42,838 nt of DNA. It comes from Acidimicrobiia bacterium. GTDB lineage: Bacteria; Actinomycetota; Acidimicrobiia; Acidimicrobiales; AC-14. This document shows positions 27,044 to 34,696 of the stretch, piece by piece. The notes under the pieces are model-generated. The model was not told the DNA's origin. It made no database searches and saw nothing but the letters and a program-made list of their open reading frames with translations. How positions within the stretch are numbered: position 1 is the first letter of the stretch; every line of letters begins with the position of its first letter. The DNA lies in NCBI GenBank assembly GCA_019244985.1, contig JAFASB010000142.1, positions 1-42,838 of the forward strand. The letters run 5' to 3'. The position numbers were made by a program, and so were the translations under genes.

Positions 27044-27659
27044 TCGTCGCCAGCGCAACCGCGCATACGCCACCGATACCGAAGGCCAGACCTCCTGCCA
27101 CGTCGGTGGGGTAGTGCCAACCCAGGCGCACCAAGGCGATCGACGCAAGTCCGGGCATCACGGCCGCGGGCAGGGCGGCGAGGAGAGCCGCCCTCGCCCC
27201 GCCGAGGCGGTAGGCGACGAGCACGATCAATGCGGCGAGGGCGCCGGCCAGCGTCGCGTGGCCCGACGGGTACGACTGGGTGGCGCCGATGAGGCGGTCG
27301 ATCGGCCGTTTCAACAACCAGCCGAGGAGGGCGACGGCCGCGGGGCCGACGACAGTGACCAGAGCGAGAGTCCGGTCGCGGCGGACGATGGCGACGACGA
27401 CGAGCAACGCCACGATGGTGAACACGAACTGTGGCGAGCCCAGCCACGCCAGGCGCCGGTACCTCGACCACCGGGCCCACGCCCACGCCGCGGGCAGCAG
27501 CTGCTCGAGCGGGTTCGTGGTCGACGGCCCCCCGCGCGGCCCCCCGATGGCGCGGTCGACGCCGATCGGCCCGCGCACGTGAAAGACGGCGACGGCGAGG
27601 ACGACGAAGACCACGGCGCACAGCGCCACGATCGTCCCGAGGACGACTCGGGGCCTCAG
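26982..27659 (-). CDS. PAP2-family membrane phosphatase (start uncertain: CTG 27659 or GTG 27629)
   Basis: SYPSGHA and LGWHYPTDVAGG motifs with TM segments. Confidence 0.8.
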   Translation of the reverse strand: MRPRVVLGTIVALCAVVFVVLAVAVFHVRGPIGVDRAIGGPRGGPSTTNPLEQLLPAAWAWARWSRYRRLAWLGSPQFVFTIVALLVVVAIVRRDRTLALVTVVGPAAVALLGWLLKRPIDRLIGATQSYPSGHATLAGALAALIVLVAYRLGGARAALLAALPAAVMPGLASIALVRLGWHYPTDVAGGLAFGIGGVCAVALATTTRGVAGRTRPAPRRSAAQH

Positions 27660-28789
27660 ACGATTCGCCGCCGAAGATTCAGGAACGGGATCTCGATCAG
27701 GTAGTAGCTGGCGACGCCCGCCGCGAAGGTGCACACGATGTTGAGCGGGAAGGCGCCGGTGATCGACTTGTTGAGCGGCGTCAGGAACAGCTCCTGGTAC
27801 AGGTACAAGCTGTAGGACATCAGCCCGACCTGCACCATCCATCTGCTGTTGAGCGCTCTGCCCAGCCAGCCGGAGGAGTACACGACGGCGTAGACCATGA
27901 TGAAGGCGATGGCGAAGGCGTCGGCCGAGTTGCCGACGGTCTGGGACCATTTGCCGTGCTCGTGGTTGATCAGGAACGACGAGACGAAGGTGTAGGCGAC
28001 GGCCGCGACCAGGAGCCACCGCAGCAGGATCCGCTGTAGGAATCGCTGGAACCGTTCGCTGTCCCAGAGGAGGCCGATCAGGCATCCCACCATGAGGACG
28101 TCGGCGCGCGTGTGCAGCATCGAGTCGCCCCGGAGCCGGAGGTACGGCGTCGGGAAGGCGAAGTACACGAACACCCTGGCGATGGGCACGAGCACGATCA
28201 GGGCGACCGCCACCTTGAGGGCGCGCCGCCGCCCCGCCAGCGCCAGCAACGGCGCCCACAGGATGTAGAACTGCTCCTCGATCGAGAGCGACCATGTGTG
28301 TCCCAACCACCACACGCCGACGGTCCAGGGTGAGTAGTCCCAGATGAACAGCAGGGCCGACAGGGCGGCCAGCGCGGGGATGCTGAACACCCCGACGGCG
28401 CCCAGGATCATGACGATGAACACGAACGTGTACAGGGCGGGGATCAGGCGCAGCGCCCGCCGCTTGTAGAACGTCTTGAGCGAGCGGTCCTTCTTCGTGG
28501 AGTAGCCGAGCACGACACGGGTGATGAGGAACCCGCTGAGGACGAAGAAGACGTTGACCCCAAACGCGCCCGTGGGCACCAGATCGAAGAGCGACCTGCC
28601 GGTGTGCCCGAGGTGGATGGTCTCCGACGAGTGGCTGACGATCACCATGAGGATCGCGACGCCTCGCAGCCCGTGGAGACTCGGGATCTCGCCTTGCTCG
28701 GTGCCGTGGACGCCGCCCTCACGGGCGCGGTGGTCGAGCGCCGACTCGTCGTCGGCCGGGCGCTCGTGCATCTCCTCCAGCTCCCCCAT
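27656..28789 (-). CDS. Acyltransferase family 3 (O-acyltransferase)
   Basis: LHGLRGVA, FFVLSGFLIT, FYKRRALRLIP, HTWSLSIEEQFY, SYSLYLY. Confidence 0.93.
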   Translation of the reverse strand: MGELEEMHERPADDESALDHRAREGGVHGTEQGEIPSLHGLRGVAILMVIVSHSSETIHLGHTGRSLFDLVPTGAFGVNVFFVLSGFLITRVVLGYSTKKDRSLKTFYKRRALRLIPALYTFVFIVMILGAVGVFSIPALAALSALLFIWDYSPWTVGVWWLGHTWSLSIEEQFYILWAPLLALAGRRRALKVAVALIVLVPIARVFVYFAFPTPYLRLRGDSMLHTRADVLMVGCLIGLLWDSERFQRFLQRILLRWLLVAAVAYTFVSSFLINHEHGKWSQTVGNSADAFAIAFIMVYAVVYSSGWLGRALNSRWMVQVGLMSYSLYLYQELFLTPLNKSITGAFPLNIVCTFAAGVASYYLIEIPFLNLRRRIV

Positions 28790-28839
28790 GGCGCAGCCAT
28801 CCTCGCGCGGGGCGGTGCGGCGGCTTCATGCACCTCGCG

Positions 28840-28845
28840 TAGAGT
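28840..28845 (+). promoter_or_regulatory. Putative -10 box (TAGAGT), leaderless arrangement
   Basis: TANNNT 6 nt before GTG 28852. Confidence 0.55.
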
Positions 28846-28851
28846 GCGCAG

Positions 28852-30039
28852 GTGATCGTGGGGGGGAGCGAGCGCCCGGACACGGCCGCCGTGCCCGATT
28901 CAAAGCCCTTCCGGCTGGGTCGGCGCCCGGCACTCGACGGCCTGCGCGCCATCGCCATCCTCGCCGTCATCGGTTTCCACTACGGACCGACAAAGGTGGC
29001 GGGCGGCTACCTCGGTGTCGACGTGTTCTTCGTCCTCAGCGGGTTCCTGATCACCGCCCTGCTGGTGCAGGAGCGCTCGAACACAGGCCGCATCTCGCTG
29101 AAGGCCTTCTACATGCGGCGGGCGAAGCGCCTGCTGCCCGCGCTGTTCGTCATGCTCGCCGCCGTCACCGTGTACGCAGCGATGTTCCCGCACCGGCCCG
29201 AGACGCAGCACGTGTGGCGTGACATCATCGCCGCTGTCTTCTATGTGGCGAACTGGGTGCACGGCTTCAGCCATCACCTGGAAGTCGGACTGCTCGACCA
29301 CACCTGGTCGTTGTCGGTGGAGGAGCAGTTCTATCTGCTGTGGCCGGCGGTGCTCGTCCTGATGGTGCGCAAGGGCTTCTCTCGCAAGACCATTGCCATC
29401 GTCGTCGGTACCGGCGTGCTCGCGTCGCTGATCGATACCCAGCTGCTGTACCGGCACGGGTCGTTCGCGCCGCGTCTCGCCTATGGCCTCGACACTCGTG
29501 GCGTCGGGCTGCTGATGGGATGCCTCCTCGGTCTCGCCGTGGGGTGGCAGGTCATCCCCGACCGCATCCGTCGCTACGCCCCGTACACGCCATGGCTCGG
29601 GTTCCTCATGCTCGCGGTGCTCTTCCTGTCCCACCGCTATGCCCTCTTTGCGGGGCAGTCCTACCGGCAGTTCGTCGAGGCGCCTCCGCTCGTCGATATC
29701 GCGACGGTCCTGATCATCTTCGGCGTGATCTACCGGGAGCGTTCCGCGGCCGCCCGGCTGATGTCGATCCCGCTCGCCGTGTGGCTGGGCCGCGTCTCGT
29801 ACGGCGTGTATCTGTGGCACTTCCCGATCGGCACTGTCGTCGCCAGCCACCACCTGACGATGGGGCTGGGGGACCCGGGCAGCCAGCTCCTGAAGGTCGT
29901 GCTGACGCTGATCGTTGTGACGCTCTCGTTCTATTTGGTCGAGCAGCCGATCCTCGGCGGGTACTGGCCGCCGCGGTTCCCCGGCCGCCGGCGCCCCGGC
30001 GTCGACCACACCCCGGCTGCTGCCGAGGTACGTAGTTGA
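28852..30039 (+). CDS. Acyltransferase family 3 (O-acyltransferase)
   Basis: LDGLRAIA, GVDVFFVLSGFLIT, HTWSLSVEEQFY, SYGVYLWHFP. Confidence 0.93.
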   Translation: MIVGGSERPDTAAVPDSKPFRLGRRPALDGLRAIAILAVIGFHYGPTKVAGGYLGVDVFFVLSGFLITALLVQERSNTGRISLKAFYMRRAKRLLPALFVMLAAVTVYAAMFPHRPETQHVWRDIIAAVFYVANWVHGFSHHLEVGLLDHTWSLSVEEQFYLLWPAVLVLMVRKGFSRKTIAIVVGTGVLASLIDTQLLYRHGSFAPRLAYGLDTRGVGLLMGCLLGLAVGWQVIPDRIRRYAPYTPWLGFLMLAVLFLSHRYALFAGQSYRQFVEAPPLVDIATVLIIFGVIYRERSAAARLMSIPLAVWLGRVSYGVYLWHFPIGTVVASHHLTMGLGDPGSQLLKVVLTLIVVTLSFYLVEQPILGGYWPPRFPGRRRPGVDHTPAAAEVRS

Positions 30040-30063
30040 ACGCGGCTCTGGGATACTTCGACC

Positions 30064-31191
30064 ATGGCCAGTGACGCCAAGGCCAGTGACGCCAAGGCCA
30101 GTGACGCCAAGGCCGGGGATACCACGGCCAGGGATGGCAAGGCCAGTGATACCAAGCTCGGCTACCAGCCCGGGCTGGACGGTGTCAGGGCCATGGCCGT
30201 CATCGCCGTCATCGCCGCCCACTCCAAGATCCCGGGCACGGGTGGCGGTGGGTTCGGCGTCGACATCTTCTTCGCTCTCTCTGGCTTTCTGATCACCAGC
30301 CTGCTGGTCGAGGAGTGGCAACCGCGCCACCGGATCAGCTTTCCGAACTTCTACGCCCGCCGCGCCCTCCGGTTGCTTCCGGCGCTGGTTGCCGTCGTCG
30401 CCGTGTTCGGCACCATCGCGGCGTTCACGCACGGCTTCGAAGCGCGGCGCACCGTCGCAGGCATCGCCCCGTCCCTCCTGTACATCACCAACTGGCTGTC
30501 CGCCTTCGGGCACTACTTCGGCGGCTTGGAGCACACCTGGTCGCTGGCGATCGAGGAGCAGTTCTATCTGCTCTGGCCGCCGATCCTGTTCCTGTTGCTA
30601 CGTCGCGGCTGGCCCGCCGCCCGCCTGGCGAAGCTCCTGGCGATCACCGCCGCCGTGCTCATCGCCTCCCGGCTGGTGGCCATGGCCCTCGGCGCCTCGG
30701 CGGCCGCCCTCTACAACGCCTTTCCCTTCCGGGCCGACGCCCTCGCCCTCGGCGCTCTTGCTGCGTTTCTCCCCCGCCCGACGCTCCGTCGCGTGGCCTC
30801 CTACCGCCACGCCATCGGCGCCCTCGCCGTGATCGCGGTCATGGGCTTGTTCCCCATCATCCGGGTGCGAACCGCGATCGGAACGTCGCTCGTCGCCGCG
30901 GCCACGTGCGTGGTGATCGCCCACGTCCTCTACGGCGGCGAGACGTGGTTGAACACGGTCTTCCACAACCGCGCTGCGGTCTGGACGGGTCGGCGCTCCT
31001 ACGGGCTCTACCTCTGGCACTGGCCGATCATCCTGTTCATGCAGGCCGAGACACACCTGGTCCGGTATCCGCTGGCCGTCGCCATTTCGTTCGCGGCGGC
31101 GGCCATATCGGCGAGGTGGATCGAGTTCCCGTTCCTCAGGATGAAGCGCCGGTTCGGCCGCACGGACGCGCCAGCGGCCGTTCCCCTGTAG
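30064..31191 (+). CDS. Acyltransferase family 3 (O-acyltransferase) with N-terminal repeats
   Basis: LDGVRAMA, GVDIFFALSGFLIT, HTWSLAIEEQFY, SYGLYLWHWP. Confidence 0.93.
   Translation: MASDAKASDAKASDAKAGDTTARDGKASDTKLGYQPGLDGVRAMAVIAVIAAHSKIPGTGGGGFGVDIFFALSGFLITSLLVEEWQPRHRISFPNFYARRALRLLPALVAVVAVFGTIAAFTHGFEARRTVAGIAPSLLYITNWLSAFGHYFGGLEHTWSLAIEEQFYLLWPPILFLLLRRGWPAARLAKLLAITAAVLIASRLVAMALGASAAALYNAFPFRADALALGALAAFLPRPTLRRVASYRHAIGALAVIAVMGLFPIIRVRTAIGTSLVAAATCVVIAHVLYGGETWLNTVFHNRAAVWTGRRSYGLYLWHWPIILFMQAETHLVRYPLAVAISFAAAAISARWIEFPFLRMKRRFGRTDAPAAVPL
30066..30155 (+). repeat. 15-bp in-frame tandem repeat (ggccagtgacgccaa; 3 perfect plus 3 degenerate units) encoding ASDAK-like units
   Basis: Units start at 30066, 30081, 30096, 30111, 30126 and 30141. 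Confidence 0.93.
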
Positions 31192-31197
31192 GACGCC

Positions 31198-32313
31198 TCA
31201 GCTCGCGGCGTCGACGAACGCCTGCTCCATCGCCCGCAGGAACCGCTTCTCCTCGTAGCGCTCGAGGAACCGGGCACGTCCGGCCTCGCCGAGCTTGTCG
31301 CGGAGCGCGGGGTCCTCGAGGAGACGCTGGAGAGCGTCTGCCAGCGCGACGCCGTCCTTGATCGGGACGAGGAGCGCGGTCTCGTCCTCGGCGACGACCG
31401 ACGGGATTCCCCGCCATCGCGTCGTGACGACCGGGAGGCTGAACTCCATGGCTTCGAGGAGCACCACGCCGAAGGTCTCTGAGTCGAAGTGGCTCGGGAA
31501 GCAGAAGATGTCGGCGTCGGCATACGTCTGAAACTTGGCGTCGCCCGTCCGGATCCCCAGGTGGATGACGCGGTCGGCGATTCCCGCGTCTCGCGCGGCC
31601 GCCAGGAACCGATCGCGGAGGCCGTCGGACTCGAACTCGCCCATCAGCCAGACCTCGAAGTCCAGCCCCCGCTTGTGCAGTTCGGCGGCGCCGTCGAGCA
31701 ACGTGAAGATCCCCTTGGACTCGATGAGAAAGCCGACGAACAGGATCTTCGGACGTCCCTGGCCGCGGTGGGGGTGAAGAGCGCCGTCCCCGGCGTGGTC
31801 GGCCACGCCGAGGGGAATGATCTCCGTGCGCTCGGCCCGCACGAACTCGGCGTCGGGCGGGTTGAGGTCGGAGCTGCTGATCGCCAGGTCGGGATGGAAG
31901 TAGGCGCGTCGGGCGAGGAATCGGAGCGGACGGGACAGCGTGATGTAGTGCTCGGAGATGCCGCCGGCGTGGAAGTGGAACACCGTGTGCGGGAACGCCC
32001 AACGGATTGCGGGCAGCACGACGAGGTCGCGAAACACGGGCAGGCGGGACGGCCCCGAGGGCGGGTAATAGAGGACGGTCGCCCTCGTGCGGACGCGCGC
32101 CCACAGCACCTTGGCGATCAGCTCGAAGAGGTGCAGGATCTTGCCGACCGCGAGCTTGCGCGCCTGGCTCAGTGACTCGGAGAACTCCATCCGGACGTGG
32201 TGGAGCACGATGCGGTCGTAGTCACCGTCGAGCAGATTCTGGATGATCACGGCCTGGCCACCCCACGGCGGCGGCGTCTGGCCGACGACGAGCACCCCCA
32301 GCTTGTCCTTCAC
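31198..32313 (-). CDS. Glycosyltransferase family 4
   Basis: GQTPPPWGGQ, FHFHAGG, FVGFLIESKG, ETFGVVLLEAM. Confidence 0.92.
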   Translation of the reverse strand: MKDKLGVLVVGQTPPPWGGQAVIIQNLLDGDYDRIVLHHVRMEFSESLSQARKLAVGKILHLFELIAKVLWARVRTRATVLYYPPSGPSRLPVFRDLVVLPAIRWAFPHTVFHFHAGGISEHYITLSRPLRFLARRAYFHPDLAISSSDLNPPDAEFVRAERTEIIPLGVADHAGDGALHPHRGQGRPKILFVGFLIESKGIFTLLDGAAELHKRGLDFEVWLMGEFESDGLRDRFLAAARDAGIADRVIHLGIRTGDAKFQTYADADIFCFPSHFDSETFGVVLLEAMEFSLPVVTTRWRGIPSVVAEDETALLVPIKDGVALADALQRLLEDPALRDKLGEAGRARFLERYEEKRFLRAMEQAFVDAAS

Positions 32314-32318
32314 CGGCG

Positions 32319-32897
32319 TCAGCTCTGCCGCACGACGCTGGCCGGAACCCCGGCCACGACAGCTCCGGGCGGCACGTCGCGGAGGACGACGGCGTTGGCG
32401 CCGACGATCGCTCCGTTCCCGATCGTGATGTCGCCGAGAACCTTGGCGCCGGCGCCGACAACGACGCCGTCACCGATCGAGGGGACGGGATGCTCGCGGT
32501 GGCGGTCTCGGACCTCTTTCCAGCCGACGGTGACCTCGTGAAAGAGCTCGACGTCGGCGCCGATGACCACGTTTTCGTTGAGCATCACGCCCTTCCCCCC
32601 ATGCTGGAGGATGAGGCCCGGGCCGACACACGCCGACGCGGGAAGGTCGGCGCCGATCAGCAGCTTGACGAGTAGCAGGTCGATGACCTTGTACAGAACC
32701 CACAGGGGGTTCCGACCTGCTGCGCGGCGCGCCCACAGTGCGTGCCCCGCGCGGTAGACGGCTAGGGCCACCTTGCTGATCTCGCTCCGGTTCTCGCGTA
32801 GGTCTGCGCGCCAGCAGGCCCACGAGTAGCGCCCGTCGTGCGGGCATGCGGCCGCCGCGCCCAACGTGTCGTTCGCGTGGCGGGCGGTGGTGACCAT
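32319..32897 (-). CDS. Hexapeptide-repeat (LbH) O-acetyltransferase, serine acetyltransferase/WcaB-like
   Basis: VGPGLILQHG, PSIGDGVVVGAGAKVLGDITIGNGAIVGANAVVLRDVP..VVAGVPA. Confidence 0.9.
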   Translation of the reverse strand: MVTTARHANDTLGAAAACPHDGRYSWACWRADLRENRSEISKVALAVYRAGHALWARRAAGRNPLWVLYKVIDLLLVKLLIGADLPASACVGPGLILQHGGKGVMLNENVVIGADVELFHEVTVGWKEVRDRHREHPVPSIGDGVVVGAGAKVLGDITIGNGAIVGANAVVLRDVPPGAVVAGVPASVVRQS

Positions 32898-32903
32898 GGG
32901 CCG

Positions 32904-32909
32904 AAATTA
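32904..32909 (-). promoter_or_regulatory. Putative -10 box (TAATTT), leaderless arrangement
   Basis: AT-rich TANNNT 6 nt before ATG 32897. Confidence 0.6.
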
Positions 32910-32937
32910 CCCGGTTCATGGGTCTCGACGCGGGTCG

Positions 32938-32943
32938 TATGCT
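32938..32943 (+). promoter_or_regulatory. Putative -10 box (TATGCT), leaderless arrangement
   Basis: 7 nt before in-frame GTG 32951. Confidence 0.5.
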
Positions 32944-32950
32944 TGCGACA

Positions 32951-33751
32951 GTGGGCGACGGTGCGGTGCAGACGCGCGACGTGTTCGGCGCTTGGGTCGA
33001 CGACACAGCTTCGCTCGTCGAGCACTTCCGGACAGCGAAGCCTTTCCCGCTGGTCGTGATCGACGGGTTCCTTCGCGACGACCTCGCCGACGCCATCCTC
33101 GGCGAGTTCCCGGCGCTGGAAGACATGCCGAAGTCGCGGGACTACGTGTTCGCCGACAAGCACGAATTCTCGGACCTCGACCGTTTTGGTCCTGCGGGCG
33201 CCAAGCTCAGCGCCGCCTTCCTGTCCGACGAGTTCGCGGCCTTCCTGTCGGAGCTCACCGGCGAGCGCATCTTCGTCGACCCCGACTACCACGGCGGCGG
33301 ATTCCATCAGTCGGGCGACGGCGGTTACCTCGACATGCACGTCGACTTCAACGTGCACCCGTTGCATCGCGACTGGCTGCGGATGCTCAACGTCCTCGTC
33401 TACCTGAACCGCGATTGGCGCCCCGAGTACGCCGGTGAGCTGTTGATCAAGAACTCACCCCACGCCGAGCCGCGCGCCATCAGTCCTGACTTCAACCGCG
33501 CCGTGATCATGGTCACCAACGAGTCCACCTATCACGGGTTCCATCGCATGTCGCTGCCCGACGGCGTCACGCGGAAGTCGGTGGCCGCCTACGGCTACCG
33601 CTCCATCGAGCCCGACGAGGTCGACGTCCGCACCACGCAGTGGAGGCCCGAGGCGGCGGGCCTCTCGAAGAAGATGCTGGCGCGCAATTACGACACGATC
33701 GTCCGGGTCAAGAATCGCTGGTTCGGCAGCGGGACCTCCAAACACCGCTGA
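32951..33751 (+). CDS. 2OG-Fe(II) oxygenase family protein
   Basis: PFPLVVIDGFL, GGGFH, LDMHVDFN (HxD), YLNRDW, TYHGF, RKS; ORF track start 32918, GTG 32951 preferred. Confidence 0.88.
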   Translation: MGDGAVQTRDVFGAWVDDTASLVEHFRTAKPFPLVVIDGFLRDDLADAILGEFPALEDMPKSRDYVFADKHEFSDLDRFGPAGAKLSAAFLSDEFAAFLSELTGERIFVDPDYHGGGFHQSGDGGYLDMHVDFNVHPLHRDWLRMLNVLVYLNRDWRPEYAGELLIKNSPHAEPRAISPDFNRAVIMVTNESTYHGFHRMSLPDGVTRKSVAAYGYRSIEPDEVDVRTTQWRPEAAGLSKKMLARNYDTIVRVKNRWFGSGTSKHR

Positions 33752-33759
33752 GCAAGAGT

Positions 33760-33785
33760 GGGGCCGGCGCGTTTCGCGTTGCCCC
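33760..33785 (+). terminator. GC-rich hairpin downstream of the oxygenase gene (possible terminator, no U-tract)
   Basis: ggggc-c-gg-cgcg-ttt-cgcg-tt-gcccc imperfect inverted repeat. Confidence 0.3.
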
Positions 33786-33817
33786 GGCGCAAAACCCGTC
33801 TTGTACCGTGACACGGC

Positions 33818-34696
33818 ATGGCTGAGGAAGAGGGGTCCGAGGACCTCGACGTAGAGCTGCGGTGGCCGCAGCCCGAGGAGGAGGCGGGCCTCCGGCCGCT
33901 CTCGCCGGCGGAAGCGCGTGAGGTCGCGGCAGTTCCCGCGGCCGACGCAGACGCCCCGGCATCGGGCGTCCCGGCCCGGGCCCCCGCCGGCGAGGCGTCG
34001 CGGCGCGATCCCCTGGTCCGCGACCTGTACCGGCGGATCGACACGCTGACGCGCGCCGTGAGCTCCCGCTCGGACGACGCGGGCGTCAGGCGGCTGGCAA
34101 AGGCAACGAGCGCGTCGATCGCCGCCCTCTCCGAGCGGGTCGACGCCCTCGGTCGCTCCGTCGAGAGCGAGGGCTCTCAGCGCGAACTGCGCGACCTGGC
34201 GAAGCGGGTGCAGGAGCTCGGGTCCTCGGTTGACTCCATGCGCCACTCCGCATTGATGGGCGAGTCCGTCGGCCGCGTTGATGCGCTGGCCGCCGCCGTC
34301 GAGACGTTGAGCCAGCAGGTCGGCGGTCGTGGCGAGCGAACCGAGCGGATCGCCGGCGAGCTGCGGGCGGCCATCGGCCGCCTCGACCTCGCCACGGCCG
34401 AGATCGAGCGTCTGAGCGACGTCGTCGCCGAAAGCTTGCGCGATCGCGCCGCCCGCCAGCAGGCGCTGATCGCCGAGGTCGGACAGCTGACCGACGACAT
34501 CCGTGAGCTGCGCAAGGGTCTGCCCGTGGCACGCGATCGCGGTGGCGTTGCCGACGCCATCGCGTCTGCCGTCGCCGACGCGCTGGCCGACGGACCGTTG
34601 ACGCCGGCTCCGCCCCGCCGCACGGTCGCCAAGAAGACCGCGAAGGCCACGCCGGCCAAAGCCGCCCAGAAGCGCCGGTCGAGCACCAAGCGATGA
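33818..34696 (+). CDS. Hypothetical coiled-coil protein with acidic N-terminus and Lys/Ala-rich C-tail
   Basis: High GC3 codon usage, heptad-like helical core, tail AKKTAKATPAKAAQKRRSSTKR; ATGA overlap with next gene. Confidence 0.75.
   Translation: MAEEEGSEDLDVELRWPQPEEEAGLRPLSPAEAREVAAVPAADADAPASGVPARAPAGEASRRDPLVRDLYRRIDTLTRAVSSRSDDAGVRRLAKATSASIAALSERVDALGRSVESEGSQRELRDLAKRVQELGSSVDSMRHSALMGESVGRVDALAAAVETLSQQVGGRGERTERIAGELRAAIGRLDLATAEIERLSDVVAESLRDRAARQQALIAEVGQLTDDIRELRKGLPVARDRGGVADAIASAVADALADGPLTPAPPRRTVAKKTAKATPAKAAQKRRSSTKR

Noticed and set aside
32319-32897. cysE (serine acetyltransferase for cysteine synthesis)
   Set aside because: Short, lacks the CysE N-terminal domain and is co-transcribed with a glycosyltransferase; a polysaccharide acetyltransferase is more likely
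4133-33751. Antibiotic/natural-product gene cluster suggested by TylF, CmcI ('cephalosporin hydroxylase'), FkbM and 2OG oxygenase family names
   Set aside because: No PKS, NRPS, RiPP or terpene core; the context is entirely glycan synthesis and export
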